DNA from: Alphaproteobacteria bacterium
GTDB taxonomy: Bacteria > Pseudomonadota > Alphaproteobacteria > UBA828
Assembly: GCA_965214705.1 (NCBI GenBank)
Contig: CBDCCI010000002.1
Coordinates: 224,001-288,000, forward strand
Direction of reading: 5' to 3'
DNA: 64,000 bases
Each line of letters opens with the position of its first letter. The stretch's first letter is position 1. The notes under the pieces were generated by a model that saw nothing but the letters and a program-made list of their open reading frames with translations, was not told the origin of the DNA and did no database searches. Positions 1-8,990 of the stretch are shown in pieces. The translations under genes were made by a program, and so were the position numbers.

Positions 1-1
1 G

Positions 2-568
2 GGTCAGGCGCTGGTGAAGGCCGAGCTTGAGGCCGAGGCCGGCGTAGAAGGCGCGGTCTCGCCCTACGCCATCGCAGCGTTGCGCCTGCTCATGCTCACC
101 GGCTGCCGCCTCAACGAGATCCTCACGCTCCGCTGGGACGATATCGACCGTACCGCCGGCGAGTTCCGGCTCCGCGACGGCAAGACAGGGGCCCGCATGG
201 TCCCGCTCACGCCCACGGCAGAGACGGTGCTGGCCGGGATTCAACGTGTGCCGAACAACCCCTGGGTCATCGCCGGCAAGAAGCCCGGCACCCACCTCGC
301 CACCATCACCGCAGACTGGTATCGCCTGCGTGCCCATGCGGGATTGGACGACGTGCGCATCCACGACCTCCGCCACTCCTACGCTAGCCGCGCGCTGGCG
401 GCGGGCGAGAGCCTGAGCATGATCGGCAAGCTGCTGGGCCATGCCGACATCCAGACCACCGCCCGCTACGCCCATCTGGCACGCGAGACCAAGCGCCTGT
501 CTGCCGCCCGCGTCGGCGGCAGCATCGGTGCCGAGGGCACTGGCGATAAGGACAGCCCCTCAACATGA
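2..568 (+). CDS. Tyrosine recombinase/integrase, C-terminal part (5' end outside window)
   Basis: Catalytic motifs TGCRLNEI, DGKTG, HDLRH, LLGH, TTARY; frame open to the window edge; stop overlaps next ATG (ATGA 565-568). Confidence 0.93.
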   Translation, partial: GQALVKAELEAEAGVEGAVSPYAIAALRLLMLTGCRLNEILTLRWDDIDRTAGEFRLRDGKTGARMVPLTPTAETVLAGIQRVPNNPWVIAGKKPGTHLATITADWYRLRAHAGLDDVRIHDLRHSYASRALAAGESLSMIGKLLGHADIQTTARYAHLARETKRLSAARVGGSIGAEGTGDKDSPST

Positions 569-1446
569 ACGTGGCAGTGCCCTCGGCACTTCCCGCGCAG
601 GGAACGATCACGGAGCACACCGTGGCGGCGCTCTCTGCGGGCAGGGACACGGTGGTCTGGGACCGGGCGCTGACCGGCTTCGGCGTCCGGGTCTATCCCT
701 CCGGCGCCAAGGTCTACGTGGTGCAGGCGCGGGGGCCCCAAGGCACGAAGCGCATCACCGTGGGCCGCCACGGGGTGATCGGGGCTCAGGAAGCCCGCCG
801 GCGCGCGGCGCTCATCATCGCCCGCATCCGCGCGGGTGAGGCGCCCGTTCCCGAGGCACAGAAGACCGAGACCATCACCGTTGCCACCCTCGCCCAGCGC
901 TACCTGCGCGAGCACGTGGCAGTGCATTGCAAGCCGACGACGGCGGCCCAGTACCGGCTTGCCATCGAGCGCTACATCGTGCCCGCCCTCGGCACCTGCC
1001 CGGTCTCATCCCTCGGGCGCGCGCAGGTGGCCGAGCTGCAGCATTCGCTTAGCGACCGCCCGGCCATGGCCAACCTGGTGATCGCGACCCTCTCGCGCAT
1101 GATCGACCAGGCCATGGCCTGGGGCGTGGCGGGGGAGATGAGCAACCCCTGTCGCTCCGCCCCCAAGTACCGGACGCGCCGGCGCGAGCGCTTCCTGACG
1201 GACGCGGAGTTCCAGCGGCTCGGCCGGGTGCTGGACGAGATGGAGGCGGAGGGGCGCCTCTCTCCCTACGCAGGGGCGGCGCTCCGCCTGCTCATGCTCA
1301 CCGGCTGCTGGCGCAACGAGATCCTGACGCTGCGCTGGGAGGACGTGCATCTGCAAACGCAGGAGCTGCATCTCAGCGACAGAAAGACAGGGACATTTGT
1401 CGACGGCTACGCTAATCATGCGTTCAGCTACGCTGGCGCGCGATAG
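565..1446 (+). pseudogene. Truncated arm-type tyrosine integrase
   Basis: Arm-binding N-terminus (VVWDRALTGFGVRVYPSGAKVYVVQ); catalytic Arg reads Trp (TGCWRNEI); similarity to paralogues stops after DRKTG (~1392); no HxxR, LGH or Tyr. Confidence 0.88.
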
Positions 1447-1575
1447 AGCATTATATTTACTACTGTTTTCTTGATACCTCACCGTATTGGGCCCCTTGCA
1501 ACGCCGCAGAGAATGCGCTTGAATACGTCCCGGCTCGATGTCGCACATGTGCGATTTGATCACGGAGATGGCGCC

Positions 1576-2757
1576 ATGCCCAAGCGAAGCACTCTGAAGA
1601 TCGCCAAGCGCACCGTCGATGCGCTCCGCGTCGAGCGCGGCGACGCAACCTTCTGGGACCGCGACCTCGCCGGCTTCGGCGTCCGCGTGCACGCGACCGG
1701 GCGCAAGGTCTACGTGGTGCAGTCCAGGGGGCCGGGGGGGCTGAAGCGCGCTCGGGTCGGCAGGCACGGCGACATCACCGTCGAAGAGGCGAGAACGCGC
1801 GCGGCGGCGGCGATCGACCGGATCAAGCGGGGCGAGGATCCCTTCCCGGCGCCTGCGGCGCCGGCACTTACCGTGGCCGGACTGGCGGAGCGCTATCTGG
1901 AGAAGCATGTGGCGATGCACTGCAAGCCGAAGACGGCGGCACTCTACCGGACGGTGCTGGACCTGCACATCCTGCCGGTGCTGGGCGGCAAGGCGCTCGG
2001 CGAGGTGGGGCGGGAGGACGCGGCGGAGCTGCATCACCGGCTGCGCGACACCCCCTACATGGCCAACACCGCCGCAGGGATCCTGTCGAAGATGTATCGG
2101 CTGGCGGAGAGCTGGGAGCTGGTGCCGCGCGGCTCCAACCCGTGCCGGTCGCTGCGCTACTACCGCGAGCATGCGCGCGAGCGGTTCCTGACGCCGGAGG
2201 AGTACCGCCGGCTGGGCGCGGCGCTGCGCGAGGCGGAATCGAAGGCAACGCCGTGGCCGCAGGCGGTGGCGGCAATCCGGCTGCTGATGCTGAGCGGCTG
2301 CCGCAAGAGCGAGATCCTGACGCTGAGGTGGGACGACGTGGACCGGGTGGCGAACGAGCTGCGGTTGAGGGACGCGAAGTCGGGGCCGCGCATGGTGCCG
2401 CTGACCCCGCCGCTGGTGAAGGTGCTCGACGGCATTCCCCGGATAGAGGGCAATCCGTGGGTCGTGCCGGGCCGCAAGCCGGAAACCCATCTGATCAACC
2501 TCGACTACTACTGGAAGCGCATCGCGGTGGAGGCCGGCATCGAGAACGTCCGCCTTCACGATGCCCGTCATTCCTATGCGAGCCGGGCGCTGGCGCTGGG
2601 GGAGAGCCTGAGCATGATCGGGCGGCTGCTAGGCCATTCCCGGGTGGCGACGACGGCGCGCTATGCGCATCTGGTGCGCGACGCGGAGAAGGCGGCGGCG
2701 GGCCGGGTGGGCGACAGCATCGGCGTTCACGTGGCGCCGGAGCGGAGCGCGGCATGA
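1576..2757 (+). CDS. Arm-type tyrosine integrase, first of coupled pair
   Basis: GGAG upstream of ATG 1576; FWDRDLAGFGVRV arm domain; SGCRKSEI, DAKSG, HDARH, LLGH, TTARY intact. Confidence 0.93.
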   Translation: MPKRSTLKIAKRTVDALRVERGDATFWDRDLAGFGVRVHATGRKVYVVQSRGPGGLKRARVGRHGDITVEEARTRAAAAIDRIKRGEDPFPAPAAPALTVAGLAERYLEKHVAMHCKPKTAALYRTVLDLHILPVLGGKALGEVGREDAAELHHRLRDTPYMANTAAGILSKMYRLAESWELVPRGSNPCRSLRYYREHARERFLTPEEYRRLGAALREAESKATPWPQAVAAIRLLMLSGCRKSEILTLRWDDVDRVANELRLRDAKSGPRMVPLTPPLVKVLDGIPRIEGNPWVVPGRKPETHLINLDYYWKRIAVEAGIENVRLHDARHSYASRALALGESLSMIGRLLGHSRVATTARYAHLVRDAEKAAAGRVGDSIGVHVAPERSAA

Positions 2758-3926
2758 AGGGGACGCGGCGGCGGACGATTTCCAACCGCATGGTGGCGGC
2801 GCTGGAGGTCGAGCGGGACACGGTGTTCTGGGACCGGGAGCTGAAGGGCTTCGGGGTGCGGGCCTATCCCGGCGGCGGCAAGGTCTACGTCGCTCAGGCG
2901 CGCGGTCCGAAGGGCCCGAGACGCGTCACGGTGGGGCGCCATGGTGTGGTCAACGCCGAGGAAGCGAAGCAACGCGCGGCGCTGATCATCGCGCGGGTCA
3001 AGGCGGGCGAGGACCCGGTGCCGGAGCCGCTGGCGGGGAAGCAGGCACAGGGGCCGACGGTTGGCGATCTCGCGGTGCGCTATCTCGAGGAGCACGTGGC
3101 GGTGCGCTGCAAGCCGAAGACCGCGCGCACGACGCGTAGCGTGGTGGAACGGCACATAGTGCCGAAGCTCGGCGGGCTGGCGCTGGGGGCGGTCGAGCCC
3201 CGTCACGTGATCGAGTTTCATCACGGTCTCAGCGACCGGCCCGCGATGGCGAACATGGCGGTGGCCACGCTGTCTCACATGTACCGGCTGGCCGAGGGCT
3301 GGGGCATGGTGGCGGATGGCATTAACCCGTGCGGGTCGGTGACGAGGTATCCGGCGAAGCGCCGGGAACGGTTCCTGACCGACGTGGAGTTCGAGAAACT
3401 GGGCCGGGTGCTGGACGAGGCGGAGGAGACAGGCGGCGCGTCGGCGGGTGCGGTAACCGCAATCCGGCTGCTGATGCTGACGGGGTGCCGGAAGAACGAG
3501 ATCCTGAGCCTGCGCTGGCGGGACGTGGACCTCGATGCGGGCGAGCTGGCGTTGGCCGACGCGAAGACGGGCTCGCGCGCGGTGCCTCTGCCGTCCTCGG
3601 CGGCGCGGCTGCTGGCTGCGCTGCCCCGCAAGCCCGGCAATCCCTGGGTCATTCCGGGACACAAGCCGGGCACGCACATTACCGACATCGACGATGCCTG
3701 GCAGACGCTGCGGGCGCGCGCCGGGCTCAAAGACGTGCGCCTTCATGACCTTCGCCACAGCTACGCTTCCAGGGCTCTCGCGCTCGGAGAGAGCCTGCCG
3801 ATGATCGGCAAGCTGCTGGGCCACAGCCAGGTGGAGACCACGGCGCGCTATGCGCACCTGGCGCGCGAGTCGGTGCACGAGGCGGCGGCCCGGCTCGCAG
3901 ACAGTCTCGCCGCTGACGTATTGTAG
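2754..3926 (+). CDS. Arm-type tyrosine integrase, second of coupled pair
   Basis: ATGA overlap 2754-2757; FWDRELKGFGVR; TGCRKNEI, DAKTG, HDLRH, LLGH, TTARY intact. Confidence 0.93.
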   Translation: MKGTRRRTISNRMVAALEVERDTVFWDRELKGFGVRAYPGGGKVYVAQARGPKGPRRVTVGRHGVVNAEEAKQRAALIIARVKAGEDPVPEPLAGKQAQGPTVGDLAVRYLEEHVAVRCKPKTARTTRSVVERHIVPKLGGLALGAVEPRHVIEFHHGLSDRPAMANMAVATLSHMYRLAEGWGMVADGINPCGSVTRYPAKRRERFLTDVEFEKLGRVLDEAEETGGASAGAVTAIRLLMLTGCRKNEILSLRWRDVDLDAGELALADAKTGSRAVPLPSSAARLLAALPRKPGNPWVIPGHKPGTHITDIDDAWQTLRARAGLKDVRLHDLRHSYASRALALGESLPMIGKLLGHSQVETTARYAHLARESVHEAAARLADSLAADVL

Positions 3927-4110
3927 GCTCGCACTTCGGGAATATCGGCGCCCATGCCGTCATGGATGGAAAAGCGGGCCGGGCACTTGGCGGTCTGTTC
4001 GGGTTGATGGCCGTGACTGTCAATTGTTGAGAACACCGCACGCGCTGGAAATAGATCGCACCGGGCTCTGCATTCGATCACATGGCGGCATTCCCTGCAC
4101 TCACCGGCGG

Positions 4111-6426
4111 TCAAGAATCGGGGACAAGTGCATCGCCGGTCTGCAAGTACAGAATATCACATCGAACCTCCAACCGTTTGCGCTCATCAGCCCTAGGCAG
4201 AAATTCTTTCGCGATCTCTTCCGGAATAGGAATGAAAGTGCGATTTTTGGTAAGAATAGTTGCGGTAATCCTTGGCCCACCTCCGGATCCAGAACCTACC
4301 AGTCCTGGACACAGAATGTCGTAGTACAGTCCAAAATGTTTTGAATGGTGATGAAATACGAAAATAACCTTACGACCACCCCACACGATGTCTGTCGAAT
4401 GAGGCTGAAGAAAGAAGTGTCCCTTGTCGCGCTGAACACGATCACTTATTGAAAGAAAGCAGCGATATCCGTTAACCGGCGTTTCGCTCGTCAATATAAG
4501 AGCCCTTGTCTCCTCTTCCCGACGATCAATACCAGGTATTGCGCCGAGGGAGTCGGAAAGGTCTTCTTGTGACACTTCACTTCCGGGTTCACGAATAACG
4601 GACGAAAGTGGCGCCGTTCCGTCACGGCTTACCTCGACGAAAGATCGGTCTGTGTTGGCCAGCCGTTTCTTTGCATCCGCGACCGTCATCCTTCCTGCGT
4701 GCAACTCCTCGAAGATATCCTCAAGGTTCGCCTTATCGTCTAGTTCATACTCAAACCATTCCCGATTTGACCGCAGGTGACGCAAGAAGGCTTCCGAACC
4801 CTCCCGAGTACTGCTTGGCACCAGATTCGCGATTCTCGAGAAGAGCGTTGACCGGACGAAATCCTTTACGAAGGGACCGAACGCGTTGAAATCGTCGCGA
4901 TAGAGAGAAAGCAGGGGAGCAACACTAGTTGAATCCGGGTCCAGATAAATCACAACGGGCAAGCTGGAATCTTTAACGAGCACTGGCAACCCGCCTGAGA
5001 TTGCGCCAAAACGCACGTCCACTTCAAGAAAGTAGTCGTCTTCCAGGATCCTTGCCATGCGAGTCGCCAAAGCCGAATGAGCGAAACTGAGTCCCCCAAT
5101 TTCGAACTCCTTAGTCACGCGAGGTCTTGTATCGACCTCCTGGATACCCTGACTCGTGAGGTAGCCCAACTCACAGTCCCGACGTGGCGATCTTCGGGAA
5201 ACCACGACGAGTGGTTCGTCCTCGCTTGCATACGTCTGAATGACCGATTCATCGCGGCCACTGTAGTATCGTAGTCCACCACGCTCCACCACCGTCGCCA
5301 ACGGTTCGGACTTACTGTTTGGCCGAGGTATGACCTCAAGTGGACCGCAGAGGGCGAACTGTCCTGTCGCAAGGATCCAACGCAGGAATCCGTCGTTGGC
5401 GAAGGACACCGAATGCTCGGCGGCGATTGGAGAAACTACCTGGTCGAGCGCTGAAACAACTTGTTGAAGCAGTTGATTTGAGGGGGCATCCAATGCTTCA
5501 CGACCTGCGGTAGGTTTCAGAAACGGCAGGTCGACTACTCCACCCCAATGGTATCCTGATTGCATCGCAACGGTCGCAAGACCGAATCCAGACCGTAACG
5601 TTCGGATAACGTTACGGTCCTGAAGCAGGATAATCGAACCTGGCCTTCCCAGTCCTGTTTGCGATAGGACGTGTTCCATCACAACGCGAAGTTCGCCAGA
5701 CGCCATGCCCAGCACCTCAAGATCGCCAGAGACGATTCCGGCAAGGGATGCACCTGGGAGACGTTTTGACCAGGAGTGTCGTTCGGAAGGGAGCACGGTT
5801 CTGGGACCGGCGCCGCTCAGCATTTCGCCGTTAAACCAGACTGGTACGTCTACGAACTCGACGAACCCATGGAGGAAAGCGCGAGCGTCGTGCACAGGCA
5901 TTCTGCTCTCGGGAGCCAAGCGAGCCTGAACAGTGGTACCTGGCTGTCCCACTGGCTCCATCGAAACAAGGGAGATGCTCTTGTTGTCCGTGGACAACTC
6001 CGCCTTCCGCACGGACGAAAACGTGCGTTCTTGGGCAAGCGCCGATTCACTTTCCACGGACAGTTCGTGGGCGACGCCAAAATTCGCCATGGCCCCGATG
6101 CCGAATGTTCCCACCACGCCAGCCGCTCGCGCAGTTTCGGTGTTCTTTCCACTCCTTCCTGCATACCAGAAGTTCGTTTCGATCTCTTCGGCAGTCATGC
6201 CGATCCCGTTATCGGCTACGATGACGCTTTCGTCGTCTACAGTTACCCGAATTGCCGGCTTGAAGTTTTGATTCGGAATCGCCTGTCTCATTCGAACGGC
6301 GTCAAATGCGTTCTGCGTGTTCTCGCGAAGAAGCGCCAAAGGTGACTGGTAGATTTGGTCGGCAAGGAGTTCTAGCATCCGGGAGAGCTCGAGTTTGAAG
6401 GCGATTTTCTTCTCAGTTGAGCTCAT
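4111..6426 (-). CDS. Hsp90/HtpG-like GHKL ATPase with long unrecognised C-terminal region
   Basis: LYQ/IYQSPLALLRENTQNAFDA (N box), DNGIGMT, GTFGIG, GTTV; ATGA-coupled to upstream gene; visibly lower GC than flanks. Confidence 0.85.
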   Translation of the reverse strand: MSSTEKKIAFKLELSRMLELLADQIYQSPLALLRENTQNAFDAVRMRQAIPNQNFKPAIRVTVDDESVIVADNGIGMTAEEIETNFWYAGRSGKNTETARAAGVVGTFGIGAMANFGVAHELSVESESALAQERTFSSVRKAELSTDNKSISLVSMEPVGQPGTTVQARLAPESRMPVHDARAFLHGFVEFVDVPVWFNGEMLSGAGPRTVLPSERHSWSKRLPGASLAGIVSGDLEVLGMASGELRVVMEHVLSQTGLGRPGSIILLQDRNVIRTLRSGFGLATVAMQSGYHWGGVVDLPFLKPTAGREALDAPSNQLLQQVVSALDQVVSPIAAEHSVSFANDGFLRWILATGQFALCGPLEVIPRPNSKSEPLATVVERGGLRYYSGRDESVIQTYASEDEPLVVVSRRSPRRDCELGYLTSQGIQEVDTRPRVTKEFEIGGLSFAHSALATRMARILEDDYFLEVDVRFGAISGGLPVLVKDSSLPVVIYLDPDSTSVAPLLSLYRDDFNAFGPFVKDFVRSTLFSRIANLVPSSTREGSEAFLRHLRSNREWFEYELDDKANLEDIFEELHAGRMTVADAKKRLANTDRSFVEVSRDGTAPLSSVIREPGSEVSQEDLSDSLGAIPGIDRREEETRALILTSETPVNGYRCFLSISDRVQRDKGHFFLQPHSTDIVWGGRKVIFVFHHHSKHFGLYYDILCPGLVGSGSGGGPRITATILTKNRTFIPIPEEIAKEFLPRADERKRLEVRCDILYLQTGDALVPDS

Positions 6427-7847
6427 TGCGTCATCCCTCTAGCGGCGATTGTTGCTTTCAGTTCTTCGAAGAGACCGAAAGGTACCAGAGGTTTCGAAGC
6501 CCGAAGGCAGATCATGGCCTCGTCAAATCGACGAGCGTCAAGGAGCAGGGAGACGATCTCTACAACCTCACCCACATTCTCGGGTGGGTCGAGTAGCGCG
6601 ATCAGCCTATTCGTCTGACCAAGCCCTCTTAGGGCCTCTATTTCGACCTGTCTCTTCTCCATCGTTCGACAGGATGGCACATCTGCAATGAGCGCGAGAG
6701 CTTTCTCATACTGCTTGTTGCCGATGGCTGTCATTGCGTCGTCGAGCCGTTGGTTGGCCGTAGGGCCGGCTGCCTGACGCCGTGCTGGCGGCAAACTCAG
6801 GCTAATGGACGTTCTACCACCGAAATCGTCTCGATGAGCGCCGGTAAATACTCCCGCTGGCGACATGCCCCTCACATGAATCGTAATCGATCCTCTGTCT
6901 GGATCTACCACTACAACATTGAATTGGCGACGTTCTCCCATCGGCAACTCGCCATCGCCGACCGCAAGGGATCCAGCGCCCACCACGACCATTGAGGTCA
7001 GATTCGGTAGACGTAGCTCAAACGGAGCCGCTCCGGGATAATGCTGATGCCCATGCAGACCGAGACCGAAGCCAAAATCGACCAGCCTGTGCACTATGCG
7101 CTGATCCATGTAATCGTGCGCGCGCGGTCCGCCCGTTATGTTGTGGTGCCACACCGCGAGGCCTAGCCCGGTTTTCGATCCCGCAAGGAGTTTTTGCGAC
7201 AGAGCCAGAGACGTTGGATCGATATCTCCGACATGGCAAAAGCAGTCATTACCGTACCACGAGGAAAATCCGGCCACGGAAAAGTCTAAGTCTGGATATT
7301 CGATAAAGAAGAGATCCTCAGTTCCATGTTCTAGTGGGTTTGGCGCCATTCCTTCGTAGAAATTCTTCCGAAATTTTCGGAAATGCTCAAACCGGGACGC
7401 ATACAAGTGCTGGTCGAAGATCTCGTAGGCTTTCCGGTCTCTCCAATTCCAGCGAAAACCTGAAGCGGCCTCAATGGCCTTTGTCGCAATGCCGTCCGGG
7501 CAAGTTCCAATCGATTTCATCGCCGCAAGCGAGCGACACCAGTGAACGTCGTGGTTTCCAGGGACGATGACTATTCGCGATCGGTCGGAATCAACAAACT
7601 CCTTTCCCAGATTATCGAGAAATTCAGCAGCTTCACGGTACTGGGCCTCAACCAAGACATCCGGATTGAGTGAGTCCAATCCTGCACCCTGAATCAAGTC
7701 ACCGCTTACCACGATTAGCTCGGGTCTCGGTATTCCTTCCGAGGTCCATCGGGCGGCATCGCTGATGATCGCTGAGAGAAGCTCGGTATTACTTAGATGG
7801 GGTCCTGATGTTCGATGCAAGTCGGAGATATGGAGCAACGTGGGCAC
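6423..7847 (-). CDS. Calcineurin-like metallophosphoesterase with helical (TPR-like) C-terminus
   Basis: HISDLH, SGDL, PGNHD, WHH, LHGHQH motifs; GTG start at 7847 after GAGGA. Confidence 0.87.
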   Translation of the reverse strand: MPTLLHISDLHRTSGPHLSNTELLSAIISDAARWTSEGIPRPELIVVSGDLIQGAGLDSLNPDVLVEAQYREAAEFLDNLGKEFVDSDRSRIVIVPGNHDVHWCRSLAAMKSIGTCPDGIATKAIEAASGFRWNWRDRKAYEIFDQHLYASRFEHFRKFRKNFYEGMAPNPLEHGTEDLFFIEYPDLDFSVAGFSSWYGNDCFCHVGDIDPTSLALSQKLLAGSKTGLGLAVWHHNITGGPRAHDYMDQRIVHRLVDFGFGLGLHGHQHYPGAAPFELRLPNLTSMVVVGAGSLAVGDGELPMGERRQFNVVVVDPDRGSITIHVRGMSPAGVFTGAHRDDFGGRTSISLSLPPARRQAAGPTANQRLDDAMTAIGNKQYEKALALIADVPSCRTMEKRQVEIEALRGLGQTNRLIALLDPPENVGEVVEIVSLLLDARRFDEAMICLRASKPLVPFGLFEELKATIAARGMTQ

Positions 7848-8045
7848 GAATTCATCCTCGACCGCAGAGTTATCGTTCAGCCTGAGCTGGATGGACAGCA
7901 CGACTGGTGGGTTCGGAAAACGATCCCGAGCGTTCGGATACCTCGCTTCCGTCGATAGCGGCCAGCGCAATCTCCTGCATGTCGGGCGAGTACCATGCGA
8001 TGCCGGTCGACTGCCTGTCGCAACCAATAAAGGGTCGCGAAACCC

Positions 8046-8990
8046 TCATTTCTCCGTTCTGGGACCGAGGAAGCGCTCGCCATCGTAGTGAATCATGTGG
8101 TCGGGCGAATCGCATAGCCACACTTCAGTTTCCCAAGCGATGTTCTTGATGTGCTTGCGAAACTCCCTCAAATCCGGAAACGCGCTGACATAGACGGTAC
8201 CCGCCGCGCAGTCGGCGAGCATGGCTTCCAGGTCGACCACGCGTGTTGGCGAGACCGGGCCGTGAGACGTCACCGCCTCGACCAGAAACAGCCACTCGCG
8301 TTCGCCGTCGTAGAGCACGACGTCGGGCAGCTTGTCGTGGTCGGTGATCGCGATGCCGAGCTCGTTCAGTCGATCCCTGTCGACGAACAGGTTCTTCCTG
8401 GCTGTATCACCGAGATACAGCAGGTGAGCACCGGGAGCGAACCGCGGCGCGAACTGCTCGACGATGGCTTTTTGAACCTCATTGTGCCGGCCCGGTGAGA
8501 GCCGAAGCTCCCGCCCGTCGGGCAACTTGACCGGTATGAGGGTGCGGTCCCGATCACGTGCGTAGCGTTCTACGAGCGTGCCCTGCTCCAGGCGGAACCG
8601 TTCCACGGCGGCGTCCCATTCATCGCGGCCATAGCACTGAACGACGTCTAGGACCGCTTCGCTGACAGCGTAATGGGCCTTCGGGCTGTTTGTCGCGAGG
8701 CTGGGTTCGAATGGATTGTAGTCGGCAATGCCGCCTTGGACGAACTGGTGGAGCACCTGTCGGCGAAAGGTCTCGCGCGTGTTCGGCGCATAATCTGTGC
8801 CGTAGTGCTGCTCGAGGTAGTCCATGATGCCCTTGGTCACCGTGCATCGGCGTCGCTCGGCGGCGGACCAGGGGGTATCGGGCGTCAGTCCGCAGAGCGC
8901 GAGCAGCGTCATCCCGGCCATTGGATTGTGCTGCGCGGGCGGCATGCCCAAGGCTTCGAGAATGCGCTGTGCCTCCTGGACGTCAGCCAA
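8046..8990 (-). CDS. BsuBI/PstI-family type II restriction endonuclease
   Basis: YAPNTRETFRRQVLHQF, LSPGRHNEVQKAIVEQFAPRF, HDKLPDVV, LVEAVTSHGP, IAWETEVW, HMIHYDGERFLGP. Confidence 0.92.
   Translation of the reverse strand: MADVQEAQRILEALGMPPAQHNPMAGMTLLALCGLTPDTPWSAAERRRCTVTKGIMDYLEQHYGTDYAPNTRETFRRQVLHQFVQGGIADYNPFEPSLATNSPKAHYAVSEAVLDVVQCYGRDEWDAAVERFRLEQGTLVERYARDRDRTLIPVKLPDGRELRLSPGRHNEVQKAIVEQFAPRFAPGAHLLYLGDTARKNLFVDRDRLNELGIAITDHDKLPDVVLYDGEREWLFLVEAVTSHGPVSPTRVVDLEAMLADCAAGTVYVSAFPDLREFRKHIKNIAWETEVWLCDSPDHMIHYDGERFLGPRTEK

Noticed and set aside
2-3926. RIT (recombinase-in-trio) element
   Set aside because: The genes are similar arm-type paralogues arranged as pairs split by a breakpoint, not three dissimilar RIT subunits; a third upstream gene outside the window cannot be excluded
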